Shown here one piece after another: positions 9,369 to 18,300 of a DNA stretch of 64,000 nt; the first letter of the stretch is position 1, and each line of letters begins with the position of its first letter. Origin of the DNA: an uncultured bacterium. Its GTDB lineage: Bacteria; Margulisbacteria; Termititenacia; CAZZFK01. A program made the position numbers and the translations under genes. The stretch is from assembly GCA_964653455.1 (NCBI GenBank), contig CAZZFK010000008.1:21949-85948 (forward strand). The letters are read 5' to 3'. The notes beneath the pieces were generated by a model. The model was given only the letters and a program-made list of their open reading frames with translations, ran no database searches and was not told the DNA's origin.

Positions 9369-12300
9369 TCAACCTTTCAGTACGTTGTATTTGATCTGTT
9401 TTTTATAGAGCTTGCCTGTCCGGTCCTTGATATAGAGCAAGGCGTTGTAATCTCCCGGCATAAGGTCCGCGGGCAGTGTGATGGTCCCGGTCCAATGTTC
9501 TGTGGTCGAGCCGATATCGCGTATGGACAGCTCGGAACTGGCGGCCGCACCGCTCGATTCTCCGAAGAACAGCAGGACTTTTTTCGCCTGCAGACCGCGC
9601 GGTATGTTCGCTTTCACGGTACCGCCGATGCCCGGTATGAGCGGATGCGGATAGAACGTGACCACGGCCTGGTCGATGGGGCTGTTCGATTCCTGTGCTA
9701 TGACCTGGAACGGGAATTTTGTTTTCAAGAAATGTCCGGTCGCTGTCTTGACGAAAAGCGTCCCGAAATAATTCCCCGGGCGTATGAAGGCAGGCATGGG
9801 CGCGGTCGCGGACCACCAGTCCTGGGCGCCGCGTTTGAGCTTGGCGGAGATGAGCTTATCGCCCTGTTTAACGAGCAATATCGCCGCTTCCTGGGCTTTG
9901 TATTTCGAGGGTACGTTCACTTTCAGGTGCACCGGAGAACCGGCCCGTACGGGGTTGGGCTGGATGATCACGGAAAAATAAGGCGCATTTACGAACGTTC
10001 CTTTGGTCTCATTCGAAAGTTCAGTGGAGTCTTCCTGTACATCGACATCGGGCTGGGGAGCATAGGTGCGCTGTTCCTGTGCTTCAGGTATCGCAGTGCG
10101 GGCAGGTATCTGCGGGACGACAGGGACGCGCATATCCCTTTCTGGACGAGCTCCGGTATCATATTGGAGTTGTAGCGGCTGGTAGGTGAGTCGCAGGTCA
10201 TCGATATAGAAGGTCCCCTTCGCTTTGCTGTCCGGCGTATAGATGATGATGCTGTACTGCAGTACCTGGTCGAGGTCCATGGCGGTATCATCGGGGATCG
10301 GGATGAGGATATCCTGCCATTCCGTGCTGCCAAGCGAGAACGTATATTCTGAAGAGGGGAGTTCCTTTATCTCGCGGCTCCAATCACTTGTTCTGGTGCG
10401 GAGCCGTACGGCGGCACGGGCCTCTTTCTGTCCGGTCCCTTTTAATTTGAACTGAAGTTTCGGCGTCGGGCCGGAGCAATTCTTGGCGATGAATTCCCGG
10501 GAAGAGAAGCCGGCCCAGTTCTGTACGCCGTTCATATCATATTCGATCCTGCACACTCCGGAGCTCCCCGGGAGCTGCAGGTTCTTTTCCTCGGTCGCGT
10601 CTATATTGCGTGCTTTTACATGGTTCATCCAGGGGTACACATCACCCGGTATCTCGAAGTCGTCCAGGACCACGGTCGAGGAAGGATTGAAACGCACTTT
10701 TTTAGCATCTATCTTTTGGGCGGAATTTCCGGCCTGGTCGGAAAGCGTTCCGATGAGCTGGCATTCACGGTTCCCGGCGCTGGCAGGGACCGAAAAACGA
10801 GCCATATATTCCCCGTCGTTCTTTTTGTTATCCCCGCTCACGCCGTCATCATAAAGCGGTATGTCATATGCGATAGGAGGGATATCCGCTTTTGCGAAAT
10901 TGAACGGTTCCCCTTTTAATTTAATGACCAGTGTGTCTCTGCCGCGTAGCACCGTGTTCGCCGGCTCATGGGTCATTGTGTAGATGACGGGAGCGGAGGT
11001 CTTGCGTTTGATGCTGATCGTTACGATATCGCTCGCGTTGCCGATATCGTCCCTGGCCTGGAGCGAAATGACCTGGGTCATGTTGTCCTGCAGGGTGGTC
11101 GTATATCGCCAGTTGGTCGTGGATGTGATCTCGACACGAGCGCTTTGGCCGTCCACAAGCACTTCGGTCGTGTCCGGGGACTTGATGCCTTGCAAGATGT
11201 TCGTTGAGGTCACGGTCGCGAGCAGTTTCGGCGGGTACGGGGCGATGGTGTCGATAAAGACCATGTCGGTCCCGGGCACGGAAACATTGCCGACATTGTC
11301 CACAGCGAAAACATAGAAGGTGTTCTCACCTTCGTTCCCTACCTCGAAATCGCCGCTGCGATGTACGGTATCCTTCCACCATTGCGGGGATGTTCCCATG
11401 ACATGGTATCGAAGGCCGGCGCCAGTATCCGTACCTTCTGTCCAATACACATATATCTTGTTCTTTTGTGATTTTTTCCCTTTGAACGTATCATGAGCTT
11501 CTTTGTCCGGGCTCAAACGTACCCAGGACGGCGGCTGAGGAGGATCGATGTCCTTGATGACCTGGACGCGGGTTTCCGAGATGTTGTTGTTCATGTCGGT
11601 CGCGGTGATGATAACTTCTCCGGTCTGGTCCATCGATCGTACGGCGTACTGTACCTCAAAATCCGCTGTTTGCGGTTCAAGGATCGGCGGCGGGCTGTTC
11701 GTGCCGAATTTCGAGAAGGTTATCGACTTGATCCCGCTGCTTTTTCCGGTGACGGTGCCGATGATCGTGAAGGTCTTGGGCGTATCAAGACCCGGACCGA
11801 AGAAAATGATGTTCGGGGACGGACTGTAGAGATACAGGCTGTTCTCCTCGATCGCTTTGAGCGTGATAACCGGGCCGTTGGCGCTCTGCTGGGGAGCGTT
11901 CTTGTAGAGGTACGGTTTTGACCATTCGCTCCACACGCCGTTGCGGTCAGCTGTCCTGACCTGTACATAGAGTTCGCTGTCTTTTACCGGGAAAGCCCGG
12001 CTCATATGGAACGGGGTCGTTTCATCGACGATACCGCTGTCGTACAGATAGGGGATCGAGATAGGAGCGCTGTTCCCGATGATCATACGAAAAGATGACT
12101 GTTCTGCGGTCGGTTGCCAGTTCACGGCAAAACGACCGCCGGCCTGGGTGAGGCCGGTGATGACCGGGGCCTGTTCCGGCGCCGTAAATGATGTGTTGGA
12201 AAAAGCTTTCAGGCTGTAGCCTGTATCCTCGAGCGAAGCTCTCCATGTGTATATCAGGTCGAATCCTTGCCGGGGGACGAGGTCTGTCGAGGACCATGCC

Positions 12301-13340
12301 GGGCCCATGGCAGGAGATGCCTGAAAACCGTCCTGCAGGGCCATGGGGATGAGCTCAGGCATCTCCCAGGAGGAGCGTTCACCGTTGTATTTTCTGTACG
12401 TGATATGGCCTTTTTCGATCCAGGCGCAATAGAGGGAGTTCGCTGCATCGAGGCTTATAACGGGTGCTCCGAACCACTGCATTGCATCGCTCGCTACCAG
12501 TGACGGTGCCGGGGACCAGACCTCGTTCACCTTGATGCGGTGTATGAGCTTATTCCCGTTCCCCCACAGGGCATGCACGCGTTCCTTTTTGTCGATAGCG
12601 AGTTGGGGGTTCATGTTGGTCTTTCCTTTTAAGCCGTACATGGTCTCCGCTTCCCGGCTGATGATCGATACGGCGCTCCAGGTGTTCGTATCAGCGCTCA
12701 GTTCTTTATAGGCGATCTCCCCGTCCTCGTTCCAGAGTATGCCGATGTGGGTACCGTACAGGGAAAGCTGGGGCGTTCTTGATAAGGCGGGCGTATCGCT
12801 GACGGAGTATACCGCGGACCAGCCGTTCTCTTTGGCCAGGTACGCGCGATAATAGATCTCACCATTGCTTTCGAAGGTGATATGGATGTTCCCGTCGCGT
12901 GAGATAACGGCGGAAGGCATGTCCGCATGATCATAGCGCCCGTTCACTTTATAGATGGGGCTCCATGTTCTTCCGTTGTCGGGTGTCGTTGAATACAGTA
13001 TCTTTCCCGCATCCGCCCAGAACACGTGGAGTTTCCCGCTCTCATCGGTACTTAAGCATGCGTGAGATGAGCTGTCATAACTCTGGCTGAGCAGAAAAGG
13101 CGGGGTCCAGGTTTCGCCGTTATCCAGGGAATGACAGTAGTACAATTTGGATGCGTCACCGGTCTTTACCCAATAGACCAGATGCAGGGTCTTGTCCGCA
13201 GTACGGGTACAGGAACGGGGGCCCAGGGCATTGTTCTGGGTCAGTTTTACGGATTGCAGGGTGTTCGCGATCACAGGGGTTGTTATAAGGATACAAAGTA
13301 GCGCCCCCGCGACCGTTCTCAGCATATGCTTTGTATTCAT
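9369..13340 (-). CDS. Large secreted BNR/Asp-box beta-propeller (sialidase-like fold) protein with FN3/Ig-like domains and two tandem sorting-domain-like C-terminal Ig domains
   Basis: 1323 aa with a signal peptide. Asp-box motifs SLDNGETW and TPDNGRTW occur within repeated propeller blades, followed by multiple beta-sandwich domains. The C-terminal ~200 aa form two FlgD-Ig/T9SS-CTD-like modules (…IIQPNPVRAG…GNYFGTLFVK… and …VTFYPHPLIPG…GDYNALLYIK…). Confidence 0.75.
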   Translation of the reverse strand: MNTKHMLRTVAGALLCILITTPVIANTLQSVKLTQNNALGPRSCTRTADKTLHLVYWVKTGDASKLYYCHSLDNGETWTPPFLLSQSYDSSSHACLSTDESGKLHVFWADAGKILYSTTPDNGRTWSPIYKVNGRYDHADMPSAVISRDGNIHITFESNGEIYYRAYLAKENGWSAVYSVSDTPALSRTPQLSLYGTHIGILWNEDGEIAYKELSADTNTWSAVSIISREAETMYGLKGKTNMNPQLAIDKKERVHALWGNGNKLIHRIKVNEVWSPAPSLVASDAMQWFGAPVISLDAANSLYCAWIEKGHITYRKYNGERSSWEMPELIPMALQDGFQASPAMGPAWSSTDLVPRQGFDLIYTWRASLEDTGYSLKAFSNTSFTAPEQAPVITGLTQAGGRFAVNWQPTAEQSSFRMIIGNSAPISIPYLYDSGIVDETTPFHMSRAFPVKDSELYVQVRTADRNGVWSEWSKPYLYKNAPQQSANGPVITLKAIEENSLYLYSPSPNIIFFGPGLDTPKTFTIIGTVTGKSSGIKSITFSKFGTNSPPPILEPQTADFEVQYAVRSMDQTGEVIITATDMNNNISETRVQVIKDIDPPQPPSWVRLSPDKEAHDTFKGKKSQKNKIYVYWTEGTDTGAGLRYHVMGTSPQWWKDTVHRSGDFEVGNEGENTFYVFAVDNVGNVSVPGTDMVFIDTIAPYPPKLLATVTSTNILQGIKSPDTTEVLVDGQSARVEITSTTNWRYTTTLQDNMTQVISLQARDDIGNASDIVTISIKRKTSAPVIYTMTHEPANTVLRGRDTLVIKLKGEPFNFAKADIPPIAYDIPLYDDGVSGDNKKNDGEYMARFSVPASAGNRECQLIGTLSDQAGNSAQKIDAKKVRFNPSSTVVLDDFEIPGDVYPWMNHVKARNIDATEEKNLQLPGSSGVCRIEYDMNGVQNWAGFSSREFIAKNCSGPTPKLQFKLKGTGQKEARAAVRLRTRTSDWSREIKELPSSEYTFSLGSTEWQDILIPIPDDTAMDLDQVLQYSIIIYTPDSKAKGTFYIDDLRLTYQPLQLQYDTGARPERDMRVPVVPQIPARTAIPEAQEQRTYAPQPDVDVQEDSTELSNETKGTFVNAPYFSVIIQPNPVRAGSPVHLKVNVPSKYKAQEAAILLVKQGDKLISAKLKRGAQDWWSATAPMPAFIRPGNYFGTLFVKTATGHFLKTKFPFQVIAQESNSPIDQAVVTFYPHPLIPGIGGTVKANIPRGLQAKKVLLFFGESSGAAASSELSIRDIGSTTEHWTGTITLPADLMPGDYNALLYIKDRTGKLYKKQIKYNVLKG

Positions 13341-13392
13341 ATGGTTAGTTAAAATATATCACATTTTAAAGCGAAAAAGTACGTATTTTAAG

Positions 13393-13426
13393 GCAAGTGA
13401 CAGGTTAAACGTGGCAGGTGGCAGGG
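13393..13426. repeat. Intergenic AGTGACAGG … GTGGCAGGTGGCAGG motif, instance 1 of 4
   Basis: gcaagtgacaggttaaacgtggcaggtggcagg lies about 55 nt upstream of the start of the 1323-aa minus-strand gene. Related sequence occurs at 36401-36463, 37426-37480 and 56261-56335. Confidence 0.4.
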
Positions 13427-13454
13427 AAAAGAATTGAGACGGGCGGAAAAGACT

Positions 13455-14084
13455 TCAGTATTTTATCGATTCTTTCTGAAAGCTTGCACTGTGGAAATTG
13501 AGCAGACTGACCAGTTGATATCCGGGGCGGATATCGATGATGTTCACGCAGGCATTGTCCTGTTTTATCTTCCAAAAATGCTCCGTGACAGATGAGCCCA
13601 GGAAGTGATGTAGCATGATCCGGTTCGGTCCTCCGTGGGCTATGATCGCGATGGTCTCTTCTTCCCCCAGGTCATACATGGCCTTTTCAAGGCCGGAGAG
13701 CACGCGTTGACCGAATGCCCCGAACGGTTCCGCGTCCGGTATAGGAACATTGGGGGCCTTGAGCCAATCAGTGTATATGTCCGGATAGCTGAACTTGATC
13801 TGAGCTGCGGTCATGTTTTCCCAACGGCCGAAATTCCGCTCGGCAAGTTCAGGGATGATCACAGGAGATCTTTTGTGCGGTGCGGCCACGATCTCGGCGG
13901 TCTTTTGAGCTCGTTTCAGTGATGTCGTATAGAAACGATCGAAGGGTATCTGTTGTAATGTGCTGGCCAATTGCTCTGCCTGCGCTAGCCCGGTATCGTT
14001 CAGTGGAGTATCGATCTGCCCTTGATATCTTTTTTCAGTATTAGCTTGGGTCTCGCCGTGTCGGATCAGGAATATCCGTGCCAT
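13455..14084 (-). CDS. Histidine phosphatase superfamily protein (phosphoglycerate-mutase branch, CobC/PhoE-like)
   Basis: N-terminal RHGETQAN catalytic motif (IFLIRHGETQANTEKRYQG) and a later HGGPNR-type second His region. Substrate specificity cannot be assigned. Confidence 0.8.
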   Translation of the reverse strand: MARIFLIRHGETQANTEKRYQGQIDTPLNDTGLAQAEQLASTLQQIPFDRFYTTSLKRAQKTAEIVAAPHKRSPVIIPELAERNFGRWENMTAAQIKFSYPDIYTDWLKAPNVPIPDAEPFGAFGQRVLSGLEKAMYDLGEEETIAIIAHGGPNRIMLHHFLGSSVTEHFWKIKQDNACVNIIDIRPGYQLVSLLNFHSASFQKESIKY

Positions 14085-14096
14085 GAATGCCAGCTC

Positions 14097-14828
14097 CTAG
14101 GTTTTAGCTGTGATGTCCAGAGCTTCTCTCAGTTCAATAGTGCCTTCATAGATGGCTTTCCCTACGATGCAGCCTGTAACGTGGGGTATCTTGCTGAGTG
14201 CGTGGATGTCCTGTATGGTCGTGACCCCTCCTGAGGCTATGATATGTATGTCCAGGGCTTGTGATAATTTACTATATAAAGGAAGAGAGGGGCCTTGCAG
14301 CATGCCGTCCTTAGCGATATCGGTGATAATTGCTGTTGTGATGCCGAGATCACTTAGTTGCTGCAATACGCTCACTGCATCGGTCTTTGTATCCTCCAGC
14401 CATCCGGATACCTTGACCTGTCCATGTTCCAGGTCCACCCCTGCTATGATATGTTCTTTAAATGAACGGGCCGCTTCTTTTAGGATCGTCTGGTCCTTGA
14501 ATATGATGCTTCCCAGTATTGCGTAGCGTATCCCTGCCTCAAGATACTCTTTGATGGTCCCTATGGTCCTGATGCCGCCGCCCACTTCAAGTTCGCATGA
14601 TGTGTGTTTGGCCATCTCTTTTATGACGCCCATATTCATGGGCTTTCCGGCTTTAGCGCCGTCAAGGTCCACGATATGAATGCGCTTTGCTCCTGCTTTT
14701 TCAAAAGAGCGGGCGATATCTATGGGATTGCTGCTGTATACGGTAGAAAGGGCATAATCCCCTTTGGTGAGCCGGACACATTGGCCTTTCAGTATGTCGA
14801 TAGCGGGAATAACAGTGAACATGTGCAC
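14097..14828 (-). CDS. hisA: 1-(5-phosphoribosyl)-5-[(5-phosphoribosylamino)methylideneamino]imidazole-4-carboxamide isomerase HisA
   Basis: N-terminus MFTVIPAIDILKGQCVRLTKGDY matches the HisA signature (IIPAlDL…G..VRL.qGdy). (beta/alpha)8 barrel length of 243 aa. Confidence 0.9.
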   Translation of the reverse strand: MHMFTVIPAIDILKGQCVRLTKGDYALSTVYSSNPIDIARSFEKAGAKRIHIVDLDGAKAGKPMNMGVIKEMAKHTSCELEVGGGIRTIGTIKEYLEAGIRYAILGSIIFKDQTILKEAARSFKEHIIAGVDLEHGQVKVSGWLEDTKTDAVSVLQQLSDLGITTAIITDIAKDGMLQGPSLPLYSKLSQALDIHIIASGGVTTIQDIHALSKIPHVTGCIVGKAIYEGTIELREALDITAKT

Positions 14829-15319
14829 ACTGTATCATGGCCGCGAGGGGAATAAAATATGGTACTTATTGCGTATCTGTTCATGCTAGAAAAGATATAG
14901 GTATATTCTTTAGTAAAAATAACGCTAGACATCCCTCTTTTTTTTCTATATAATCTTTTAAAAATAAGCTTAAGTCCGTCTGTTAAGTATTAATGTAATT
15001 TATGTTTTTCTCTGTGGGGGAGAGAAATGTTCTTATCATGTGGGGGCATGAACCCCTTCATCTTTTTTATTCAATGTTCAGATCCTGGCATGTATCATGC
15101 TGGATCAGTTTCGTTATATGCTGTGTGTATCTTCCTTGTGTTCACTGTGTTCTTCCCTGGTCCTTGTTCTTTGTCATTTGCTTCTAAAGGTCCTTCCTTA
15201 AATACACCAATATCTTTCGATACATTTTCTGCCCCTCAACCTGTCGATAATAGCTATGTCGAGGAACCACGTCGCCAAAAACTATGTATAAGATCTAAAA
15301 CAGTGGGGAATACTTTGTC

Positions 15320-18300
15320 ATGATCATGCACACACGTACTTCTGGTTTACTTAAGAACGTACTGATGACCGCAGGCATTATGCTTTGCGTGTTCGGCAGT
15401 GCTCCCGCTTTTTCTTTGGAAACTCAAAATTTAGCGTTCACTGTTTCAGGTTCTTTTTCTATTCCTGCCGGTGCTACCAGTGTCAATCTTGCCGTTACCC
15501 TTGTCGGTGCCGGCGGTAATGGCGGAGACAGATATTATTCTACCGCGCTCTATTATTCACAAGGCGGCGGCGGCGGGAGCGGATATCTTGCGACCTCAGC
15601 GAACCTTATTCCTGCAGCATCAACGTATTATGTGGTCGTCGGCAGTCCTACGAACGTTGCTGCCGGGGATGGTTCTGCGACGCAGTTACGTGCAACTTCG
15701 GCCGCAGGTACGCTCCTCCTTTCCGCGACAGGCGGCACAGGCGGTATTACCGGAACAACGGTTAAAGGCGGTAATGGCGGCGGCGGTTACGGCGGCGGTG
15801 GCGGCGGCGGTGCATATCGTTCCGGCAATATCATTACCGGCGGGACTGGCGGCGCTGGATCTGCAGGTGCGGGCGGCAGCGGTGGTGCTGCTCTGGCCGG
15901 ATCTCGCGGCGGCGGCGGCGGCGGCGGTTACGATAGTATCGGTACCCCGGCAAGCGGGGGCACTGCTTCAGGTAATGCAGGAACAGGCGGTTTTGGCGGC
16001 GGCAATGGAGGTACGGCAACATCTGTAGGCGGTACGCTGCCTTCCGGCGGATACGGTCCGTATGTGAACGGTGCCTATCGCGGCAGCGGCGGTACAGGTG
16101 CGGGTTTTTCAGGTGCATTTTCAGCGGCGAACAATAAAGGTTCTAACGGATATGCGTACATCACGATGACCTATGCGCCGGACGTGACGCCCCCTGTGCT
16201 GAACGGTGTTCCGTATTATTCCAAACCATTCTCCTCGGGCACAATGATGTTTAAATGGTATGCGGCAAGTGACGGTACCGGGGCAGGGGTGAGCGACTAT
16301 TACTATGAAATATATCGGGATGAATGTGTGACAGATAATCTTGTCAGTTCCGGTTGGACAACAGGGCTTTCGTTCACGTATTCCGGAGGAATTCCCGGTG
16401 CGACCTATTATTGCCGTGTGAAGGCGCGTGATGCCGCTCCAACGCAGAACGTCAGTACGTTCTCGGATTACAGTCAGGGGCTGTTAGTTACGAACCCTGC
16501 AATAGTGGCAAAACAGCTGACCATACTGACAATAAAACCTTCCGGTTCCCAGGCTAAAAAAGATGCCCACGGATATTATTTCAACGGCAGTTCGGCGACG
16601 GCAGGTGACGGGTATGAACTTCGTGTAAATGATACAACGTCCGGTGAGCAGGCACATCCGTCACTAGCTGCTTTAAAGAACCGTAATTTTGTTGCGGTAT
16701 GGTCGAACGCCGGTAATATTTACGGTAAGATCATATCTCCTACCGGTGATATCGTTAAGGCTGAGTTCAAAATTAATGCATATTCTCAATATGATGCGCT
16801 GAGCTGTTATCCTCGTGTGGCAGGGCTTTCCAATGGGATGTTCGTGGTCGTGTGGGAGGTCTATAACAGCAGCGGCAAGCGTGATATTTATATTCGCCGG
16901 TTCGCGGCCGATGGAACTCCGTATAGTTCAACAGCCTCCGGGTCCGGCTCGACGACAGAAGTTCAGGTGGGAAATAATGTGCCTACGCTTGATAAGCGCC
17001 AGCCTGATATCGCGGCTTTGGGCAACGGCCGGTTCGTTGTCGTATTTGATATGACCTCGGCTTCGACAGGGAAAAGCGTCATTAACAAAGCAGTATATTA
17101 TGATACAGGTTCATTGTCTTCTCCGATCCAGCTTGTGGCGATAGCTCCCATCGATGCGGCACAGGACTGTGTATATCCGAGGGTCGCTTCGTTCGGCCCG
17201 ACGAGAAATGAGTACGCAGTGGTGTGGGGGACCGAATACAGCATCTCGAATCCGCCCAATCCGCCGAATCCTGCAGGGGGCGATATCTGCATGATATCGT
17301 ACGATAATGCGAATTTTGCGACCGCAAGCGCACGGCTTGTCAATCAAACAACTTCTTTGAAACAGTTCAACCCGGTCATTACGGGCTATGCGACCGGTTT
17401 TGCCGTGGCCTGGGCCAGCGAATCGGGGTCTGATATCGGGAATGACGGGTATTATTTTTATTATCGTAACTGGGGTATTTCCGGTTATCAAGCCAATGAT
17501 ACCTGGTCCAATGTCTTTTTCAGGCAATACGATGTGTATGGGGTTTCAACAAATGCTCAACAGATCGTTGAGCAGGGATCCAGGCTCACCAGTTATCTCG
17601 ATCCGGCGATCAATGCTATTGAATCGACCGCTTCTATTAACGGTATGATCGCTTTGTGTTATCTGAAAACTCAGGATTCAGAGGCTCTTCTGTACCAAAC
17701 GACATATACGATACCTGCGCATACTTCTGAAGTGTTCGCCAGATTCTACAGTCTGGAAGGTTCCTCCTTGTCGGATACCAGCACGACCATCAATACCTAT
17801 ACCGCAGGCATACAGGATGGTATTGCGCTGGCCTCTATGGGGGCAGTGGACAAGAGTTATTTAATGACTGCCTGGAACAGTGCCGGACAGGACGGGTCAG
17901 GTCTTGGAGTATTTGCGCGCCAATATGTCATCGGACCTCGGGTATTGAATCTTACCCGCGGGAAATCGTATGCGACCATACAAGCGGCATTGGACGACGC
18001 GGAGAATAATGATCAGATAGTGCTGATAGAAGGTGTCTTTAATTTAGATGAACCCTTGATCTTCAAGCCGGGGCTTAAAGTGACCTTGCGTGCTTATACT
18101 GAACAAGGTGTGAGCCGGGCTAATACTATTATCTCCGGGCAGTATGTGTCGCGGCTCATGGAGTTCGGTGCAGGGGTGAGCGTCAGTATCGAGAATCTGA
18201 CCTTGGTGCAGGGGGCTGTAGAAGAAACTAACGGGTACTTTGGTGCGGTTGTTTCCTGTAATTCCAGCGCAAAGTCTGAGCTCTTTTTCCGTAATGTTTT

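Noticed and set aside
15471-16028. 185-aa plus-strand ORF (Ala/Leu/Pro/Arg-rich) and 15834-16118 minus-strand ORF inside the giant gene
   Set aside because: Both lie in the GGC/GGT-rich Gly-repeat region of the 6306-aa ORF. Their low-complexity Ala/Arg translations are frame artifacts of the repeat. There is no RBS or independent coding signal.
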